From positions 1-64,000 of the IMG/VR virus record IMGVR_UViG_3300005326_000040: a DNA stretch of 64,000 nucleotides; one strand, given 5' to 3'. Positions 8,079-17,251 of the stretch are shown here, piece after piece. A program made the translations under genes and the position numbers. Origin of the DNA: a virus. Lineage: Duplodnaviria > Caudoviricetes. The notes beneath the pieces were generated by a model that was not told where the DNA came from, did no database searches, and saw only the letters and a program-made list of their open reading frames with translations. Position 1 is the first letter of the stretch. Each line of letters begins with the position of its first letter.

Positions 8079-8810
8079 TTGAAGATGGCGAAATTGTCCC
8101 TTATTGTTCTCGATACAGAAACGACGACGGTTGGTATTGAAGGTGATGTTATTGAAGCGTCGTTTTTTCGTTTGCGTGATAACAAGCAGAAGACATGGTA
8201 TTTGAAGGCTGTACATGAAGATAAAATTTCCCCGGAAGCGTTGGAAGTCAACGGACACAAGCTTGAGGATATTACTTGGAAAACTGAAGAAGGAAGACAA
8301 AAATATCGGCTTCCCGAAGAAGTCGTTCCCGAAATTGAAAACTGGCTTTATGAAGATGGCTGTGCCAAACTTGACCGAATCATGGTGGGACATAACATCA
8401 ACTTCGACTACTTGCAATTGGAAGAGTTGTGGAGACGACACGAGGCTTTGGAAACATTTCCGTTTTCCTTTAACAAGATTGACACGCAGATGATGTGTGT
8501 CTTCTTGGATTGGCTCCGAGGAGTTAGTCCAAGACGATTCAATTTGGGCGCGGTTGTTAAGAGACTGGGTCTTGAAAAAAGAAAAGCACATAAAGCCGAA
8601 AACGACGTGCTTATGACGGTCCAATTATTGAAGTATTTGGAAGGCGCACTTGGTCCTTTGGTTTCAAAGTCGGGGATTCCTATTCTTGGCGAAGGTGAAG
8701 CTGTCGAAGAGGAAGAAGAGCTACCTTCTGTGTCTGAAGAAGAAGCAGAGCAGGAGCATGAAATTCGAGACCAAGCTGACTGTGAACAGGAAGAGGATGA
8801 CGAGCTATGA
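8079..8810 (+). CDS. DEDDh (DnaQ-like) 3'-5' exonuclease with acidic tail
   Basis: ExoI LDTETT, ExoII GHNINFD, ExoIII HKAENDV; about 35-aa Glu/Asp-rich C-terminus. Confidence 0.9.
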   Translation: MKMAKLSLIVLDTETTTVGIEGDVIEASFFRLRDNKQKTWYLKAVHEDKISPEALEVNGHKLEDITWKTEEGRQKYRLPEEVVPEIENWLYEDGCAKLDRIMVGHNINFDYLQLEELWRRHEALETFPFSFNKIDTQMMCVFLDWLRGVSPRRFNLGAVVKRLGLEKRKAHKAENDVLMTVQLLKYLEGALGPLVSKSGIPILGEGEAVEEEEELPSVSEEEAEQEHEIRDQADCEQEEDDEL

Positions 8811-8977
8811 TTGATTTTTCCAAATTTGATAAAGAAAAACCACAGCTTCTTTCAGAGCAAATTTGTGAAGGCTTTAAAGCTGGCGAGATAGTATATATTG
8901 GAAACGGGCGGGCGATTGGCGTGTATCACTGTAAGTATCCTGTTCAATACATTTACGTTACTCTGGAGATTGGATAA
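8807..8977 (+). CDS. Small hypothetical protein (56 aa, MIDFSKFDKEK...)
   Basis: Hand-translated; ATGA overlap upstream and TAATG overlap downstream. Confidence 0.6.
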   Translation: MIDFSKFDKEKPQLLSEQICEGFKAGEIVYIGNGRAIGVYHCKYPVQYIYVTLEIG

Positions 8978-9180
8978 TGGATTTTTCAGAATTCGATAAT
9001 AAGAACTGTCGTATGGATGCAGATTCTGGCAAATTTTATTCTACCGTTATTAAAAAGTGTCCACCTGCAAAGTTATATGACGGCCCAACAGAAGTTCGCT
9101 TTGGGCCTATTAATTCTGCTGGCTTTTATTCGCGATTTTTGCCGTTCATTACTTTGAAAGACAAACAAAATGGAACTTGA
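8977..9180 (+). CDS. Hypothetical protein
   Basis: ORF track. Confidence 0.55.
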   Translation: MDFSEFDNKNCRMDADSGKFYSTVIKKCPPAKLYDGPTEVRFGPINSAGFYSRFLPFITLKDKQNGT

Positions 9181-9535
9181 TAAGTATGAATTAGAAGCTG
9201 ATTTGGTCGAGGCTATTCTAAGAAGCCCAGCTGGTTTTGATGTAGGTCTTGCAGGAGTTCTTTGTGTTCGTAAATATGAGCATGAGTGTTGGGCGGTAGA
9301 ATGGGAAGAGTACAATAATCCGCACTCCGAGATTAAAAGGGAGTGGCAAGTTCTTGAATTTGAAAATCCGCGAAAAGCCGCAGAATGTTTTATTGACTTG
9401 CGACGTGAAATTGGATTAGGCCAGGATAACGACGGAACGTATGGTGATTATATGCTTGGGCGACGACGCAAACCATTTGTAGATAAATGGGTTGCTCAAG
9501 GCGGCACACATACTTCGCTGAAGTCTAATAGGTAA
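9170..9535 (+). CDS. Hypothetical protein
   Basis: ORF track. Confidence 0.6.
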   Translation: MELDKYELEADLVEAILRSPAGFDVGLAGVLCVRKYEHECWAVEWEEYNNPHSEIKREWQVLEFENPRKAAECFIDLRREIGLGQDNDGTYGDYMLGRRRKPFVDKWVAQGGTHTSLKSNR

Positions 9536-9551
9536 TTTAAAGGAAATCTTT

Positions 9552-9926
9552 ATGAAAAAGACAGAAGGTCCAGGCTATGTTTTCGCCGCAAATTGTGTAA
9601 ATTGTAAGTATTTAAAAGTAGAACATATTGTAGAACATATTCCAGTTGATGATAATTTAGAAGAGTGCCTGTCCGAGTATGCTACCAAGTATATCTGTGA
9701 TAAGGGCTTTACGCTTAATAGCAATGGTCCTTCAACACCAATCAACTGTAGTTTTTATCCTCAGATGATAAGGCATGCAGTTGTTGACCTTTTATCTTCT
9801 GTGCAAGACAATTATGTTCATGAAGGAATGGTTGATAAATTAGCTTACGAAAGACTTAAAGAAGAACTCAAACAGCGCGATGGTGAACTAGAGGCTTTTC
9901 TAACCAAGCTGGCAGGTGTACTATGA
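9552..9926 (+). CDS. Cys-containing hypothetical protein
   Basis: ORF track; RBS AAGGA. Confidence 0.6.
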   Translation: MKKTEGPGYVFAANCVNCKYLKVEHIVEHIPVDDNLEECLSEYATKYICDKGFTLNSNGPSTPINCSFYPQMIRHAVVDLLSSVQDNYVHEGMVDKLAYERLKEELKQRDGELEAFLTKLAGVL

Positions 9927-10231
9927 GTACCATGAAGTTTCCAAAAGATGACATGCTTGAAGTTATTGATATGGAAAAGGGAGAAAAGGAAGGCAAGTAC
10001 GAAGTGGTTGATGTGGGTGATTGGGTAGGTGATGGCCGTGGTAAGTATTCTTATCAGGAGATTGTTTTTACCCATGAAGACCATCCTTCTAAGTTTTTTT
10101 CTGTGACCATTTCAAGGACTGGAAGCTATTATTCTGAATGGAATTATGATTCCGAGTATTGGAAAGACGAAGTTGAAGTAGATGAAGTAAAGAAAGTTGA
10201 AGTTGTTCGTTATGAATGGAAATCGGTTTGA
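9923..10231 (+). CDS. Hypothetical phage protein
   Basis: ORF track; ATGA overlap. Confidence 0.65.
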   Translation: MSTMKFPKDDMLEVIDMEKGEKEGKYEVVDVGDWVGDGRGKYSYQEIVFTHEDHPSKFFSVTISRTGSYYSEWNYDSEYWKDEVEVDEVKKVEVVRYEWKSV

Positions 10232-10237
10232 GTTAAA

Positions 10238-10411
10238 ATGATGAAAATAGTAATTGGCATCATTTTGTTTCTTGTTGTTCTGTTTGGTGTACATTCTGCT
10301 TGGCATTATCAAGTGACTAAAGCTTGTAATGAAAAGATTTGTCCTGAGGGAATGTCTCCTCAATACTTTCGGCGCGATGCTTACTGCGGTTGTATTGTGA
10401 AACCTCAATGA
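10238..10411 (+). CDS. Small secreted/membrane-anchored 4-Cys peptide (57 aa)
   Basis: Hand-translated: MMKIVIGIILFLVVLFGVHSAW (hydrophobic leader) then C-x4-C-x14-C-x-C; stop overlaps the next ATG. Confidence 0.55.
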   Translation: MMKIVIGIILFLVVLFGVHSAWHYQVTKACNEKICPEGMSPQYFRRDAYCGCIVKPQ

Positions 10412-10578
10412 AACAAGAGTGTAATTCAACTTGCGATGGCTGTGGTTGGTTGTTGGGGAAAGAAGATAAGGCGTTTTGTCTTCTTTATGGCGGGCAACTA
10501 AGCGCCACCAATAATCAGTATGTAAGACTTTCTGTTTGTCTTGACAACGAAAAGGTAAATCAAAATGAGAAAAGGTGA
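10390..10578 (+). CDS. Small Cys-rich hypothetical protein
   Basis: ORF track; likely start is ATG 10408. Confidence 0.5.
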   Translation: MYCETSMKQECNSTCDGCGWLLGKEDKAFCLLYGGQLSATNNQYVRLSVCLDNEKVNQNEKR

Positions 10579-11110
10579 TTGGATTCAGACGTGGACTGGG
10601 AAGCAATTTTATCCATTGGATCCTCGCCCTGAAGAGATTGATTTAATGGACATTGTTGTTCCGCTATCTAGAATTTGTCGGTTCACTGGGCATTGTTCTA
10701 TGCCATACACTGTGGCGGAGCATAGCATTTACGTTGCTAATCACGTCTCTTTGGAGAATAGACTCTGGGCTTTGCTTCATGACGCTTCTGAAGCTTATCT
10801 CTGTGATTTGCCTCGCCCTCTAAAGAATCTGCCGGAGGCGGCGTTTTATCGAGAAGCCGAAAAAATACTTCAAGGAATGATTGTTGAGAAATATGGTCTT
10901 TCTCCTACTATGCCTGCGGAAGTAAAAGAGGCTGATGACCGAATGCTTGCGACTGAAGCAAGAGATTTGATGCCCAATAAACCTGCCGTATGGGGACGCA
11001 TGCCGGAACCCTACGAGGATATTACTATCCTTGAGCCATGTTGGGGCGAGCGTATTCGTGTTGTCCTTTACAATGAGATTGTGCAGGAAATTGCAAATAG
11101 AGCAAAGTAA
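10565..11110 (+). CDS. HD-domain phosphohydrolase (YfbR/YfdR-like deoxynucleotidase)
   Basis: LSRICRFTGH, YTVAEHS, ALLHDASEAY, KEADDRMLATE. Confidence 0.9.
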   Translation: MRKGDWIQTWTGKQFYPLDPRPEEIDLMDIVVPLSRICRFTGHCSMPYTVAEHSIYVANHVSLENRLWALLHDASEAYLCDLPRPLKNLPEAAFYREAEKILQGMIVEKYGLSPTMPAEVKEADDRMLATEARDLMPNKPAVWGRMPEPYEDITILEPCWGERIRVVLYNEIVQEIANRAK

Positions 11111-11517
11111 TGATTATTCAAGATTTGCCAGACGGTTTTATTGTTTGTGTTAATGCTATGTTGAATGACGCTAGCGCTTGGGGAGATTTAAATCCAAAGG
11201 TGCTTGCTTTTCACTTAGAAATGAAGCGCATTTTTGTGCACGAACTTATTGCACGCGATTTGAAAAGTTTTATTGACATGAACGTTTACAGCGATCTTGA
11301 TTCGGAATATCGTTGTGATTTTGCTAATTTTGACTTTTCCGAATACAGTGATAATGAACTTTATTACTGGTATGGAGTGGGGTCAGCCATCGTTGATTTC
11401 TCGTGTTTAGGCCGAGGCGTTCGAGATTACGCTACGCTTATTTGGGATAGCGCCAGCAAAGAGCTTGATAAAAGAAATCTGGAATATACATTTCTTTTTG
11501 AATTAGAATTCAAATAG
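11110..11517 (+). CDS. Hypothetical protein
   Basis: ORF track; TAATG overlap. Confidence 0.6.
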   Translation: MIIQDLPDGFIVCVNAMLNDASAWGDLNPKVLAFHLEMKRIFVHELIARDLKSFIDMNVYSDLDSEYRCDFANFDFSEYSDNELYYWYGVGSAIVDFSCLGRGVRDYATLIWDSASKELDKRNLEYTFLFELEFK

Positions 11518-11524
11518 GAACAAA

Positions 11525-11881
11525 ATGACACTTCAAGTTCAAGCGTTTATAGGTTATGGATTTCAAATATCTATAGAGGATTTGGATTTTGATCAAATTG
11601 AAACTTTTCTGTATCAGCGAAAGCAAAACGATAAGTTTCAAACAGTATATCACGGAAGCGCGTATACCGGAGATGAAAATCTTGTCCTTTGTATAAAGGA
11701 AAGTGTTGCCGTTTGTGACCCAGATATGATGTTGAATTGGCGCAATCGCCGTTCTGCTGAATACTTCAAGCAAGTAAATTATGAAGAGTGGGACAAGTTG
11801 CTAAAAGATTTTGCAAAGCAATTTGAGCTACCAGAAGATGAAGTAAATATTGGCTGGCATCTTTGCTGTCAGGTAAGTTAG
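11525..11881 (+). CDS. Hypothetical protein
   Basis: ORF track. Confidence 0.6.
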   Translation: MTLQVQAFIGYGFQISIEDLDFDQIETFLYQRKQNDKFQTVYHGSAYTGDENLVLCIKESVAVCDPDMMLNWRNRRSAEYFKQVNYEEWDKLLKDFAKQFELPEDEVNIGWHLCCQVS

Positions 11882-11928
11882 GAAATAAGTAAGCGACTGT
11901 AAAGACTGTTGCAGGAGATTGACGTTCT

Positions 11929-12174
11929 ATGAAATTCTCAGACCTGAACAAGGCGCCTTATCGCAAGTACATTGTGTGGTTGCCCATCGTACTATTTGTC
12001 GTGTCCGCCATCCCGTTGTTGCTGAACTACAGACCCGTCTGGCTTGTTATTGTCAACATTGCAGCCAGTGTGTTGATAGGGGGATGGACCCTCGTCTTAC
12101 AATGGCTCGACGGTCTGCATCCGGAGCATGAGCCGGAGCGGGCGCAAAAAAAAGAGCTTGGCGAAGACCAATGA
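11929..12174 (+). CDS. Small two-TM membrane protein, GC-richer than neighbours
   Basis: Two hydrophobic segments; RBS AGGAG. Confidence 0.6.
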   Translation: MKFSDLNKAPYRKYIVWLPIVLFVVSAIPLLLNYRPVWLVIVNIAASVLIGGWTLVLQWLDGLHPEHEPERAQKKELGEDQ

Positions 12175-12183
12175 GAAGCATTA

Positions 12184-12528
12184 ATGATTAGAGAACTTGC
12201 TCTTCGATTGTCTGTTTGGATTTGGTTTGCCATAGCTATGGTTTTTTATTCTTCTGGCGAATACTTATCCAAACATTGGGGATATAAACCTTCTTTGCTT
12301 CTTGGCGTTAGCATTCCAGCGTTATATTCTGTGGGCACACTGTGTTGGCTTGCGATCGTTTTGCATAAAAACGAAATTGCCAGAATGAGTATGATCTGGC
12401 AGATTGTTACTACTGTCATGTCAGTAGTAGTGGGTGTTGTTTTGTTGCGAGAAAAACTAACGACAAATCAATGGGTTGGCGCAGCAATTGCTTTGGTGGG
12501 ATTATATTTCTTAGCGAAAGAAGGATGA
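12184..12528 (+). CDS. SMR/DMT-superfamily small membrane transporter
   Basis: 114 aa, four TM segments, Glu in TM1 (SGEYLSK), C-terminal GVVLLREKLTTNQWVGAAIALVG matches the SMR/EamA signature. Confidence 0.75.
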   Translation: MIRELALRLSVWIWFAIAMVFYSSGEYLSKHWGYKPSLLLGVSIPALYSVGTLCWLAIVLHKNEIARMSMIWQIVTTVMSVVVGVVLLREKLTTNQWVGAAIALVGLYFLAKEG

Positions 12529-12782
12529 TTATGGATTCAATGAACGATACGAAAATTGCGATTGTAAAGGCGGCCCTTGAGAAATATGGGCCAAACGAGC
12601 GAGCTAATAGCTATGCTGATCATATTGGGTTTTTGCTTAGTGTGATTGAATATCAAGAGCTTTCCATAAAAGAACTTAAACAGAAGCTAAGCAAAGAGGC
12701 CAAGTATGTAGACCCTGAATTCGTTGAAAAGCTTAAAGCGCTTTTGAAGGAATATGGTTTTATTTCCCGTCCTACGGCATAA
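12525..12782 (+). CDS. Hypothetical protein
   Basis: ORF track 12471-12782; the ATGA overlap suggests start 12525. Confidence 0.55.
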   Translation: MIMDSMNDTKIAIVKAALEKYGPNERANSYADHIGFLLSVIEYQELSIKELKQKLSKEAKYVDPEFVEKLKALLKEYGFISRPTA

Positions 12783-12790
12783 GGGTCAAT

Positions 12791-13411
12791 ATGAATATAT
12801 TTGGCACTAATATGGCGGGCCTTGTTATTTTGGCTAACGAACATGATTGTCAACTAAGACAGTCGTTAAATTTTGCAAGACAATGGGCGAAAAAAAATAT
12901 CACAATTCCTTGTGAGTTTATTTCGTTCGAGCGGTACGGAAGAATATCTCACGAAGATTTTTTTCGACTTGTAGAAAATGCGATATATCTCCATCGAACG
13001 TCAGAGATAATGTTTTGTATAGAAAATGGTCCGGATTTGCTTCGCGATTGTAGGTTTACTTATGATTATTGGTCGCCGTGGGGACGGGGAGTGGAATTTC
13101 CAAGAGCTTTCTTGGATCTTTACAGGCGTTATCCTGAAAGCTCGTACGTTACAACCGCTCGTGTTCCAAAAAGAATACAACGGTATAATCCACTAAAAGC
13201 GCCGGGATATGGCCCTTCTTTCCCAGAGCTTTCTTACCCAGAAGAACCAGAATATGTTCGTTTAAATTCGTATTATCCAGAATGGGTTCACGTCTCTTCA
13301 GCTTCGTTTTATTCTAATGTTTCTGTTAACTCTAACGGGAAAACAATATTAACATTAGAACCAATAAAGAATAGGTATGATACACACCGTGCTGTAAGCA
13401 TGATGCTTTAG
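12791..13411 (+). CDS. Hypothetical protein
   Basis: ORF track. Confidence 0.6.
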   Translation: MNIFGTNMAGLVILANEHDCQLRQSLNFARQWAKKNITIPCEFISFERYGRISHEDFFRLVENAIYLHRTSEIMFCIENGPDLLRDCRFTYDYWSPWGRGVEFPRAFLDLYRRYPESSYVTTARVPKRIQRYNPLKAPGYGPSFPELSYPEEPEYVRLNSYYPEWVHVSSASFYSNVSVNSNGKTILTLEPIKNRYDTHRAVSMML

Positions 13412-13413
13412 AA

Positions 13414-13707
13414 TTGGAGATTACTATGAACCGAAAGCTATATGTATTCTTTTCTGAAAAAATCTACGGAACAGTGTTTGTGGATGAGTCCGGAAACTTT
13501 GTTCATTATATTCACGAAAATGATGGGGCTTGGAGGTCAGAGTATCATAATCCGATTGTTCGATTTTTTGGCGGAGAAGTAGCGCCAATTGCTGTAAACG
13601 GAATCAAAGATGTCGAGCGCACTGATGACGCAGAAGATTTTGTAAACGTAAACAAAGCAGCAATTTGTACTGCGATTAGTAATAGCCAGGAGAAGGCAAA
13701 TGTATAG
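13414..13707 (+). CDS. Hypothetical protein
   Basis: ORF track; likely start is ATG after GGAGA RBS. Confidence 0.6.
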   Translation: MEITMNRKLYVFFSEKIYGTVFVDESGNFVHYIHENDGAWRSEYHNPIVRFFGGEVAPIAVNGIKDVERTDDAEDFVNVNKAAICTAISNSQEKANV

Positions 13708-14062
13708 AGTAGTAAATGTTACCTTTACAAAAGAATTTGACGCAACTTTTCTTACTGATTTGCCGGAAGATAAAATTGAAGATTTGTTAGATGCTTATCA
13801 GTATGAAATCGATCAAGAATGGGACGCGCCTGAATGGCAATTTTCAGCGTATGATCGCTTGAAACAAATCAAGAAAGCCAAAGACCTCCCAACAGAACTT
13901 TCAAAGTTTGATATGGTTATTGTTGAGAATGAAATTCTGTCTGCGCAGGAAGGGACACAAGAAGTAGAAGACATCAAAAAGCAAGCTCAACAAGACCTTG
14001 ATGACCTTCGGCTTAAGATGGGTCTAGCTGAAGTTCAATGTAAGCTGCCTGGGGTTGAGTGA
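13700..14062 (+). CDS. Hypothetical protein
   Basis: ORF track; RBS AGGAG. Confidence 0.6.
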   Translation: MYRVVNVTFTKEFDATFLTDLPEDKIEDLLDAYQYEIDQEWDAPEWQFSAYDRLKQIKKAKDLPTELSKFDMVIVENEILSAQEGTQEVEDIKKQAQQDLDDLRLKMGLAEVQCKLPGVE

Positions 14063-14089
14063 TATCATTGATATGATGTTTGCCGCTCA

Positions 14090-14425
14090 TTGGAGATTAA
14101 AATGAAACCACAGCCCCCTCAACGTGAAAAATATCGCGTATACAAATGCGCCTCTGGTCGTTGTGATAATTTTGAAGAGCTTCTTTTTGAAATAGAAGAT
14201 CTTAAACGTAATGGGATTGATTTGAATAAAGTTTCATTTGAACTTTCTTATGGAACTCAAACTTCTTTAGCGGGGTCAGCCCCACAATATGTTATAGTAA
14301 ATTCTGATGTTGACGAAGCAGAAACGGACTTTCGTTATGAAGCAGCCGTAAAACGTTATCAGTCTCAATTGGAAGAGTATCGAAAGAAGCTTGCAGAAGA
14401 ATATGAGAAAGAGTTTGGAAAATGA
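14090..14425 (+). CDS. Hypothetical protein
   Basis: ORF track. Confidence 0.6.
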   Translation: MEIKMKPQPPQREKYRVYKCASGRCDNFEELLFEIEDLKRNGIDLNKVSFELSYGTQTSLAGSAPQYVIVNSDVDEAETDFRYEAAVKRYQSQLEEYRKKLAEEYEKEFGK

Positions 14426-14814
14426 GTAGCTTTGATAAAGCTAAAGCTATTATGCGAGACGTTGAGCTTGATGATCTAATGGAACAGGGCGCTCACGATC
14501 AATATTACTATGGGCGTCAGATTTTCAAAGGTAATGGTGTTGAGATTCACGCATGCCCAGCAGATATGAATTATGTTATTGAGACAAATGCTTTTATCAT
14601 CTACTGGTATGTGGATGGTCATCTAAGTGTTTATATGAAAACGGTTGATGGAAAAGTGGTTTCACAATCTTCAGCTGAAACATTTAAGCCTTTCGATTTA
14701 TCTTTTTTTGCTGAGATTGAACAAAACAAAATTGGTTGTAAAATATTAAGTGCAAACGAAGAAAACATCAATGGTTTGGTTAGAGGAATCCTTTGTGAAT
14801 TAACTATAGATTAG
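14422..14814 (+). CDS. Hypothetical protein
   Basis: ORF track; ATGA overlap. Confidence 0.6.
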   Translation: MSSFDKAKAIMRDVELDDLMEQGAHDQYYYGRQIFKGNGVEIHACPADMNYVIETNAFIIYWYVDGHLSVYMKTVDGKVVSQSSAETFKPFDLSFFAEIEQNKIGCKILSANEENINGLVRGILCELTID

Positions 14815-14816
14815 GA

Positions 14817-16607
14817 ATGAATATGAGCGAAATTACTCGTATTGAATACTTTGTTTATCTTTGTGGGAACCCTAAATATTCAGCGTATACTTCTTCTCAA
14901 TGGGAGAATTTTGCTGTTTGGGAACCATATAGTAAACTAGAAGACTTCTTAGGTTCAACTTTATTTGACGAAAAATGCGATTTGGCTCGTCCGGTCTATA
15001 TGGACTCGGATAAATATTGTCCGATATGTACTAGATGTCATACGGTTCGCCCAATTGATCGAGTTCATAGCTGGGGTGTTACTATGTGTGACATTTGTTT
15101 CACTGGTAGTTTTTCAGATAATGTTCGTGATTTTACAGTTATGGCGGCTTACAACGGTAGACCTATCTGTGTAATTTACAGAAATTATGATAGGGATAAT
15201 TATACCAGTAAACAGATGGAAGAAGAAACAAAGAAACTTCTTTTGCTTTTATCTGAAAATCATCCTCCATTAACGGAAGAACAGTTTGATGTAGAGTTCC
15301 CGATGGATGATGAAAGTGAATGGATTAGACTTGGAACATCGAAGGATGGCTGGCGTCTTCAAAAAATAACTGAACAGCTTAATAAGGATTATCTAAAACT
15401 TAAGACTGTTTTTACTGATATTTTCTTTTTGGATTATTATGGCGATGACGGTGCCCCTGTATTGTATGTTTTACTAGATGTATGGAAGACTCTTTCTCAA
15501 GAAGAAAGAGAGATTATGAGGTCTTTTGTGACTGCTGAAATTGAGAAAAACAATATAATGACAACCTTACCAAAAACAATTGGAGATGACGTTTTTGATC
15601 CTAAATTGCTTAGTCGTGCAAGAGGCTGTCTGTTGGGACAATTCTGCGGTGATGCTCTGGGTAGTTTGGTAGAATTCCATAAAGAAGAAACTGTCAAGCG
15701 ATTATATCCAGATGGTGTTAAAGAGATGCATGACGGTGGGCGCTGGAATTCTGTTGCGGGCCAATTAACAGATGACTCTGAGATGGCTTTGATGTTAATT
15801 GCGTCAATTCTTAAAGACGGAACATATAACGCGCAAACGGCTTTAAAGCATTATATCTACTGGGTTAATACTAGTCCAACTGATGTTGGAAGAACTACAG
15901 CTAAAGCGCTTGTAGCTGCACGCGCGGCTTTTGGTGCAGAGCTTCGTTGGGAAGATATTCTTGAATATATCGATCAACATGGTGGAACTCCAGAGAGCCA
16001 GGCAAACGGTGCGTTGATGAGAGTTTCTCCGCTTGCTATTTGGGGTGTCAATCAAGACCCAAACAGGCTTGCAGAATACGCCATTGCTGATGCACGCCTG
16101 ACCCATATCAACCGAGTGTGCCATGAGTGCAATGGAGCATATATTGTTGCTCTTCATCACGCTATTAATCATGGGCATATTGGTGCTTATGAAGCTGCTG
16201 TCAAATGGTTGCAAGCGAATGGTAAAGAACCGGAAGTAATGAATAGGCTTGTGCTGGCGGCGAAGGAACCACCAAAGAATTTCTTTAGTTACATGGGTTG
16301 GGTGCTAACAGCATTTCAAAATGCTTTTTATCATTTGGTGAATACGGATACAGCAGAAAAGGCGATTGTAGAAACTGTCGGGCACGGAGGAGACAGCGAT
16401 ACTAACGGGTGTATTGTTGGCGCTCTGATTGGTGCTGCGAGAGGCGTAGAAACTCTCAACATGCAATGGATTGATAAGGTTCTAAATTGTCGTCCTGAAT
16501 CCGGTAATCCTCTCGTGAAAAAGCCAAGACCGAAAGAGTTTTGGCCTGTAGACGCTTTGATTCTAGTGGATAAGCTTTTGGCTATTGGAATGTGGAGCAG
16601 TCAGTAG
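14817..16607 (+). CDS. ADP-ribosylglycohydrolase (ARH/DraG family) with ~250-aa N-terminal extension containing CxxC pairs
   Basis: GCLLGQFCGDALG, GQLTDDSEMAL, DVGRTT, SQANGALMRVSP, ARLTH, GGDSDTNGCIVGALIGA; N-terminal CPICTRC...CDIC. Confidence 0.9.
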   Translation: MNMSEITRIEYFVYLCGNPKYSAYTSSQWENFAVWEPYSKLEDFLGSTLFDEKCDLARPVYMDSDKYCPICTRCHTVRPIDRVHSWGVTMCDICFTGSFSDNVRDFTVMAAYNGRPICVIYRNYDRDNYTSKQMEEETKKLLLLLSENHPPLTEEQFDVEFPMDDESEWIRLGTSKDGWRLQKITEQLNKDYLKLKTVFTDIFFLDYYGDDGAPVLYVLLDVWKTLSQEEREIMRSFVTAEIEKNNIMTTLPKTIGDDVFDPKLLSRARGCLLGQFCGDALGSLVEFHKEETVKRLYPDGVKEMHDGGRWNSVAGQLTDDSEMALMLIASILKDGTYNAQTALKHYIYWVNTSPTDVGRTTAKALVAARAAFGAELRWEDILEYIDQHGGTPESQANGALMRVSPLAIWGVNQDPNRLAEYAIADARLTHINRVCHECNGAYIVALHHAINHGHIGAYEAAVKWLQANGKEPEVMNRLVLAAKEPPKNFFSYMGWVLTAFQNAFYHLVNTDTAEKAIVETVGHGGDSDTNGCIVGALIGAARGVETLNMQWIDKVLNCRPESGNPLVKKPRPKEFWPVDALILVDKLLAIGMWSSQ

Positions 16608-17251
16608 GAGAAAACATGTATACTCATTTAGTTCTAACCCCAGGCTTTGCAGAAACCGCAAAAGCTTATTCTATTATTCTTGAATACGACTTAACTCCGT
16701 GTAGTGAAGATGAGGCTGTTGAGTTAGAGTGCAATACATCCTTGGCGTTAATTCGTAAATTAGCATTAAATATGCTTGACGCGTATAATAAGAGATATTC
16801 ACGTAATTTGCGTCTCATTAAAAGTGATTGTTGCAACAGAACTTTAGAGGACTTTCCAGCGGCTAAATTTTGTGCTGTATGTGGAACTCAATTAAAGCCA
16901 AAAGCAATTATCATAGATGATTTTCTTGAAATGATGGTTGAGATTTTTGACGCGCCAGAAGAACAGTGGCATTCTTATGGTTGCGACACGGATTTCCACA
17001 GCGTAACGTTTAAAGAGGCTATTGAAGCTTATAACGACCTTACGCTTGTTGAAATAAAGTCGAATGCTGAAAAGGTTTTGGCGGCGTCCATTTTTGATAA
17101 ACTTCAGCTTAATTCTTCTCAATTAAATCTTCTTTTGCGCAATGTTGACAAAAGTGATTTGAGTTGGCTTAAAGATTTCAAAAAGAGATATTCTACCACA
17201 ACAAATCAGAAAACAACCAAAGCGGGCAAAACGAAAAGAGTTTCTAAATGA
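16592..17251 (+). CDS. Hypothetical protein with Zn-finger-like CC...CAVC
   Basis: ORF track. Confidence 0.6.
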   Translation: MEQSVGENMYTHLVLTPGFAETAKAYSIILEYDLTPCSEDEAVELECNTSLALIRKLALNMLDAYNKRYSRNLRLIKSDCCNRTLEDFPAAKFCAVCGTQLKPKAIIIDDFLEMMVEIFDAPEEQWHSYGCDTDFHSVTFKEAIEAYNDLTLVEIKSNAEKVLAASIFDKLQLNSSQLNLLLRNVDKSDLSWLKDFKKRYSTTTNQKTTKAGKTKRVSK

